From Candidatus Nitrospinota bacterium M3_3B_026 (lineage in GTDB: Bacteria; Nitrospinota_A; UBA7883; JBPRGF01), in NCBI GenBank assembly GCA_051418015.1, contig JBPRGF010000033.1, positions 192,001 to 256,000 of the forward strand: a DNA stretch of 64,000 nucleotides, in the 5' to 3' direction. Every line of letters starts with the position of its first letter. The stretch's first letter is position 1. Of this stretch, positions 59,995-64,000 are shown piece by piece. The translations under genes were made by a program, and so were the position numbers. The notes under the pieces were generated by a model, which did no database searches, was not told where the DNA came from, and saw only the letters and a list, made by a program, of their open reading frames with translations.

Positions 59995-60906
59995 TCACCA
60001 GGCGGGCCAGAGGTAATAAAGGCCCGTGGGCATGGCGAGCCTCGTGATGGCCCTGATCTCGAAGTCCTCGCCCATCAGCCATTCCAGCATCCCCGGTTTC
60101 TTCTTTTTCTCCATCACTTCCGGCTCTCCCTCGATCCCGGCCATCTTCCCGGCCAGGTCAATGGCCTCCTTCAGCCCTCCCAACTCGTCCACGAGCCCGA
60201 GTTCCAGCGCCTGCCTGCCGGTGTATATTCTGCCATCGGCCAACTCCTTCACCTTCGCAAGCTCCATGCTCCTCCCTTCGGACACGTCGGTGATGAACTG
60301 GTTGTAGATGTCGTCCACCACGCCCTGCATCAGCTCCCTGTCCGCGTCGGTAAAGGGACGGTATGGGCTGCCGGTGTCCTTGAACCTGCCGCTTTTTATC
60401 ACGACGGTCCCGAGGCCGATCTTGTCCATGAGCTCTCTCATGTCGGAGAAGAACATGATGACGCCGATGGACCCCGTGATGGTCCCCGGCTCGGCCATGA
60501 CCTTCCTGCAGGCCGCGGCGGCGTAGTATCCGCCGGACGCGGCGACTGTCCCCATGGAGGCTATGACGGGTTTTTTCGCGTCGGCCCGTTTCAGGGCGTT
60601 GTATATCTCCTGGGAGGGGGCCACCCCGCCGCCGGGGCTGTCTATCCTCAGGACGATGGCTTTGGCGGAGCCGTCATCCGCCCACCGGTCGAGTTGGTCC
60701 ACGACCTTGCGCGAGTCCATGATGACCCCTTCGAGGCGCACCAAGGCGACCTTGTTTTTAGCGAAGGATGTTTTGGAGAGAATACCGTCGCCGGAAGCGG
60801 AAGGCTTGACCAGCATGTTGACGCCAGCCACGAACAGGGCGCCCAGCGCGGCAAGGAAAAGGACTACGCCCCAGAAGGAGCTTTTTTTCTTTCCAGCGGC
60901 CTCCAC
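59995..60906 (-). CDS. sppA: Signal peptide peptidase SppA (36K type)
   Basis: RIDSPGG, AASGGYY, TGSIGV, KSGRFKD, ADGRIYTG. Confidence 0.96.
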   Translation of the reverse strand: MEAAGKKKSSFWGVVLFLAALGALFVAGVNMLVKPSASGDGILSKTSFAKNKVALVRLEGVIMDSRKVVDQLDRWADDGSAKAIVLRIDSPGGGVAPSQEIYNALKRADAKKPVIASMGTVAASGGYYAAAACRKVMAEPGTITGSIGVIMFFSDMRELMDKIGLGTVVIKSGRFKDTGSPYRPFTDADRELMQGVVDDIYNQFITDVSEGRSMELAKVKELADGRIYTGRQALELGLVDELGGLKEAIDLAGKMAGIEGEPEVMEKKKKPGMLEWLMGEDFEIRAITRLAMPTGLYYLWPAW

Positions 60907-60930
60907 TTGTTATGCCCTCTTTTCCCGATC

Positions 60931-60960
60931 AAAGAAGGGGGCGCCACGGAGGCGCCTCGG
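60931..60960 (-). terminator. Probable intrinsic terminator after rpsA
   Basis: Minus strand: GAGGCGCC-TCCG-TGGCGCCCC followed by CTTCTTT. Confidence 0.5.
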
Positions 60961-60964
60961 CGCT

Positions 60965-62806
60965 TTAATCCTGGTTGTCCTCGGCCTGGGTCTGGCTTTC
61001 CGCCTCCTGCTCTTGCTCTTCAGGCTGGCTGTCGCCGTCCTCTTCCCCCTTCGTCTCTTCTTCCTCTTCGTCGACCTGGGCCGCGGCCTCCTCCATGGCC
61101 TTCAGCTCCTTTTCCACGTCCTCGGGGGAGAGGCCCTCCAGGAAAGCCTTTATGGAAAGGCCAATCTTGCGGTTCTGCAAGTCCACCTTTATCACCTTGG
61201 CCGTCACCTCCTGGCCGACGCGGACGGCCTTCCGGGGGTTGGCGACGCGGTTGGTGGAAAGCTGCGAGACGTGTATGAGGCCCTCAATGCCCCCCTCGAT
61301 CTCCGCGAAGGCGCCGAAGTTGGTGACCTTCACGATCACGCACTTGACTTCCTCGCCGACGGGGTAGCGCTCCTCCACGTTCTCCCACGGGTCCTGCTCC
61401 AGCTGCTTGAGCCCCAGGGAGACACGCTCGCTCTCCCTGTCCACGCTCAGGACAACGCATTTTACCTTGTCTCGCTTTTTGAGGACCTCGGAGGGGTGTT
61501 TTATCTTTTGCGACCAGCTCATGTCCGAGATGTGGATCAGCCCGTCCACGCCCTCCTCCAGCTCCACGAAGGCGCCGAAGTCGGCCAGGTTTCTTACCAC
61601 GCCCTCGACGGCGGAGTTGACGGGATACTTCTCCTCGATGTTGTCCCAGGGGTTCGGTTCGGTCTGCTTGATCCCCAGGGATATCCGCTTGCGCTCAATG
61701 TCGATGGACAGGACGACAGCCTCCACCTCGTCGCCGATGTTAACCAGCTTGGCGGGATGGCGGATGTGCTTGTTCCAGCTCATCTCCGAGATATGCACGA
61801 GGCCTTCCACGCCCTCCTCCAGCTCCACAAAGGCGCCGTAGTCGGCCAGGGAGACGACCCTGCCTTTGACCCGGGAGCCGGGCTTGTATTTCTCCTCGGC
61901 GTTTTCCCACGGGTCGGGTGTGGTCTGCTTGTATCCCAGGGAGACCCTTTCCGTCTCCTTGTCGAACTTCAGCACCATCACCTTCACCGTGTCGCCGATT
62001 GAGAACATCTCTGAAGGGTGGCTGACCCTGCCCCAGGACATGTCCGTGATGTGCAGAAGGCCGTCGATGCCGCCGAGGTCTATGAACGCGCCATACTCGG
62101 TGATGTTCTTCACCACCCCTTCGATGATCTTGCCCTCCTCGAGCTTGGAAAGGGTGGCTTCCTTAGTGATCTTTCTCTCCTCTTCCAGGAGCACGCGGCG
62201 CGAAAGGACGATGTTGCCGCGTTTCTTGTTCATCTTGATTATCCTGAACTCGAACCGTTCGCCGATGAGCTTGTCCAGATGCTTTATGGGGCGAAGGTCG
62301 ATCTGCGACCCCGGCAGGAAAGCCTTAAGGCCGATGTCCACGGTGAGCCCGCCCTTGATCTTGGAGGTGACGACACCCTCGACCACCTCGTTTTTCTCGT
62401 ATTTCTCCGCTATCTCCTCCCAGACGCGGATCTTGTTCGCCTTCTCCTTGGAGAGGACCAGCATCCCGTCCGAGTCCTCGGCGCTTTCGAGGTACACCTC
62501 CACCTCGTCGCCCACCTCTAAGCTCTCCGCCTCTACGCCGAACTCCTGGATGGGGATCAGCCCCTCGCTTTTGAATCCGACGTCCACAACGACGTGGTTG
62601 GGGGTCTTGTCAACTATCCTGCCGGTTATCGTCTCCCCCTCGCGGAACTCGCCCATGTTCTCGTTAACGAGTTTTTCGAACTCGTCGGCGGAAATATCCC
62701 CGCTGCTTGGCGCGATCTCCTCCTGGTCCAGGGGCTCCTCGAAATCCCCGGTTACGTAGTCGTCCTCCCTGACTCTGCTGATGGCGCTTTTGTCACTTCC
62801 TGTCAT
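60965..62806 (-). CDS. rpsA: 30S ribosomal protein S1
   Basis: Six S1 repeats (AFLPGSQ, YGAFIDLGGIDGLLH, EGLVHISEMSW). Confidence 0.98.
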   Translation of the reverse strand: MTGSDKSAISRVREDDYVTGDFEEPLDQEEIAPSSGDISADEFEKLVNENMGEFREGETITGRIVDKTPNHVVVDVGFKSEGLIPIQEFGVEAESLEVGDEVEVYLESAEDSDGMLVLSKEKANKIRVWEEIAEKYEKNEVVEGVVTSKIKGGLTVDIGLKAFLPGSQIDLRPIKHLDKLIGERFEFRIIKMNKKRGNIVLSRRVLLEEERKITKEATLSKLEEGKIIEGVVKNITEYGAFIDLGGIDGLLHITDMSWGRVSHPSEMFSIGDTVKVMVLKFDKETERVSLGYKQTTPDPWENAEEKYKPGSRVKGRVVSLADYGAFVELEEGVEGLVHISEMSWNKHIRHPAKLVNIGDEVEAVVLSIDIERKRISLGIKQTEPNPWDNIEEKYPVNSAVEGVVRNLADFGAFVELEEGVDGLIHISDMSWSQKIKHPSEVLKKRDKVKCVVLSVDRESERVSLGLKQLEQDPWENVEERYPVGEEVKCVIVKVTNFGAFAEIEGGIEGLIHVSQLSTNRVANPRKAVRVGQEVTAKVIKVDLQNRKIGLSIKAFLEGLSPEDVEKELKAMEEAAAQVDEEEEETKGEEDGDSQPEEQEQEAESQTQAEDNQD

Positions 62807-62809
62807 GTT

Positions 62810-63568
62810 CTAATTAAGGTCCTCTCCGTTGTTGTTCCGCGCGCCTTCCGGCGCCTCGCCCGCGCGGCACGGGCTTTCCGTTTTGGAAAACATTCTTTCT
62901 ATCATTATATTCAATACCTCGTCAACACCCAAACGGGTGGTGTTGATCTCGACGGCGTCTTGTGGTTTGACCAGCGGAGCCGCGGCCCTGCCGCTGTCGA
63001 TCCTGTCCCTGGTTTGTATGTTTTTCAGTACGCGCCCGCGGGTCGTTTTCACACCCGCCTTTTTGAAATCCTTCAGCCGTCTCTCGGCCCGGACGGCGTC
63101 GTCGGCGACGAGAAAGAACTTGAACATCGCTCCGGGGAAGACGTTGCTGCCGATGTCCCTGCCTTCCATGACAACCCTGCCGCTTTCGCCCATGCGCCGT
63201 TGCAGGGCGGCCATCGACTGGCGGACGCCAGGGTGGGCGGACACGATGGATACGTTGTCGTTGACGTCCGGGCGGCGTATCCTTTCCGTGAGGTTCTCCC
63301 CGTCCACGATGGTCTTCTGCCCGTTCTCCTCTCTCAAAAACTCTATCCTGATGGAGCGCGCGATCCTGGCGGCCGCCTCCTCGTCGGCGGGGTCGGCCCC
63401 GGTGTCCAGCGCTCTCGCCGTGACGGCGCGGTACATGGCGCCTGTGTCGATATACACGCCTCCGATTCTGGCCGCCAGCAGCCTTGCCATCGTGGATTTG
63501 CCGGAGCCGGCGGGGCCGTCTATGGCCACCACGAAGTTCTTGGGAAGGCCGCCGGCGCCTAGCTTCAT
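62810..63568 (-). CDS. cmk: Cytidylate kinase
   Basis: AIDGPAGSGKST, DTGAMYRA, EGRDIG, RD..DS.R..APL. ATG 63568. Confidence 0.97.
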   Translation of the reverse strand: MKLGAGGLPKNFVVAIDGPAGSGKSTMARLLAARIGGVYIDTGAMYRAVTARALDTGADPADEEAAARIARSIRIEFLREENGQKTIVDGENLTERIRRPDVNDNVSIVSAHPGVRQSMAALQRRMGESGRVVMEGRDIGSNVFPGAMFKFFLVADDAVRAERRLKDFKKAGVKTTRGRVLKNIQTRDRIDSGRAAAPLVKPQDAVEINTTRLGVDEVLNIMIERMFSKTESPCRAGEAPEGARNNNGEDLN

Positions 63569-64000
63569 TGCTCCATCTCCTCCATGCCTAGGCGCGCGCG
63601 GCGTATCTTTTCCAGCGCGTCCCCCAGCTCGCCGAAACGCTCCTCCACGATGGCGCCCCTGAGGGCGGCGAGGGCTTTTTCGTATTCCTCCAGGGCTTTC
63701 AAGGTCTGATCCTTGTTCATCGAGAAAATGTCGCGCCACATGGCGGCGTCGCTCATGGCTATCCTGGTGGTGTCCTTGAACCCTCCCGCGATGAATCGGC
63801 GAATTGTCCCGTCCGCGTCGAGCCTGTCCAGGGTGTCCACCAAGGCGTAGGCGGCCAGGTGGGGCAGGTGGCTTATGACGGCCAGGGCCCTGTCGTGTTC
63901 CTCCGGGCTCATCTCCACGACCGTTGACCCCACGCCCTCCCACATCGTTTTCACTTTTGCCAGCGCGCCGGGGTCCGTCTTCCCTGTGGGAGCGAGAATT
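63565..64000 (-). CDS. tyrA: Prephenate/arogenate dehydrogenase, 3' part (starts beyond window)
   Basis: EEHD..LA.ISHLPHL, GGFKDTTRIA.S...W.DI. Frame is open to the window end. Confidence 0.93.
   Translation of the reverse strand, partial: ILAPTGKTDPGALAKVKTMWEGVGSTVVEMSPEEHDRALAVISHLPHLAAYALVDTLDRLDADGTIRRFIAGGFKDTTRIAMSDAAMWRDIFSMNKDQTLKALEEYEKALAALRGAIVEERFGELGDALEKIRRARLGMEEMEQ

Overview
GC-rich chromosomal segment from a diderm bacterium. Gene content resembles Nitrospinota or deltaproteobacteria-like lineages, but this is an inference and was not tested. Most of the window is housekeeping: ftsY, nnr, leuCD, sodB, ruvAC-yebC, tyrS, lexA, ispD, aroC/aroK, sppA, rpsA, cmk and a partial tyrA. 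No rRNA, tRNA, CRISPR array, integrase or transposase was recognised. Notable features: (1) an intact hgcAB mercury-methylation pair starting 6 nt after the lexA stop, with a candidate LexA box in the shared promoter; (2) an accessory type II fatty-acid cluster (FabF-ACP-two phytoene-desaturase-like flavoproteins-FabG-FabZ-FabI); (3) a NarX/PilJ-GAF-PAS hybrid kinase frameshifted inside a G15 tract; (4) a sigma factor apparently split into a sigma2 gene and a sigma4 gene at the left edge; (5) a Rieske/cytochrome b6-type complex with a pentaheme cytochrome and a GltD/NfnB-like flavoprotein, next to a nonaheme cytochrome; (6) a degenerate MinD/FlhG ATPase fused to about 1000 aa of charged helix; (7) two families of dispersed palindromic repeats that form mosaics and sit at the 3' ends of solitary AT-rich genes. 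All calls come from motif recognition by eye; no searches were run.
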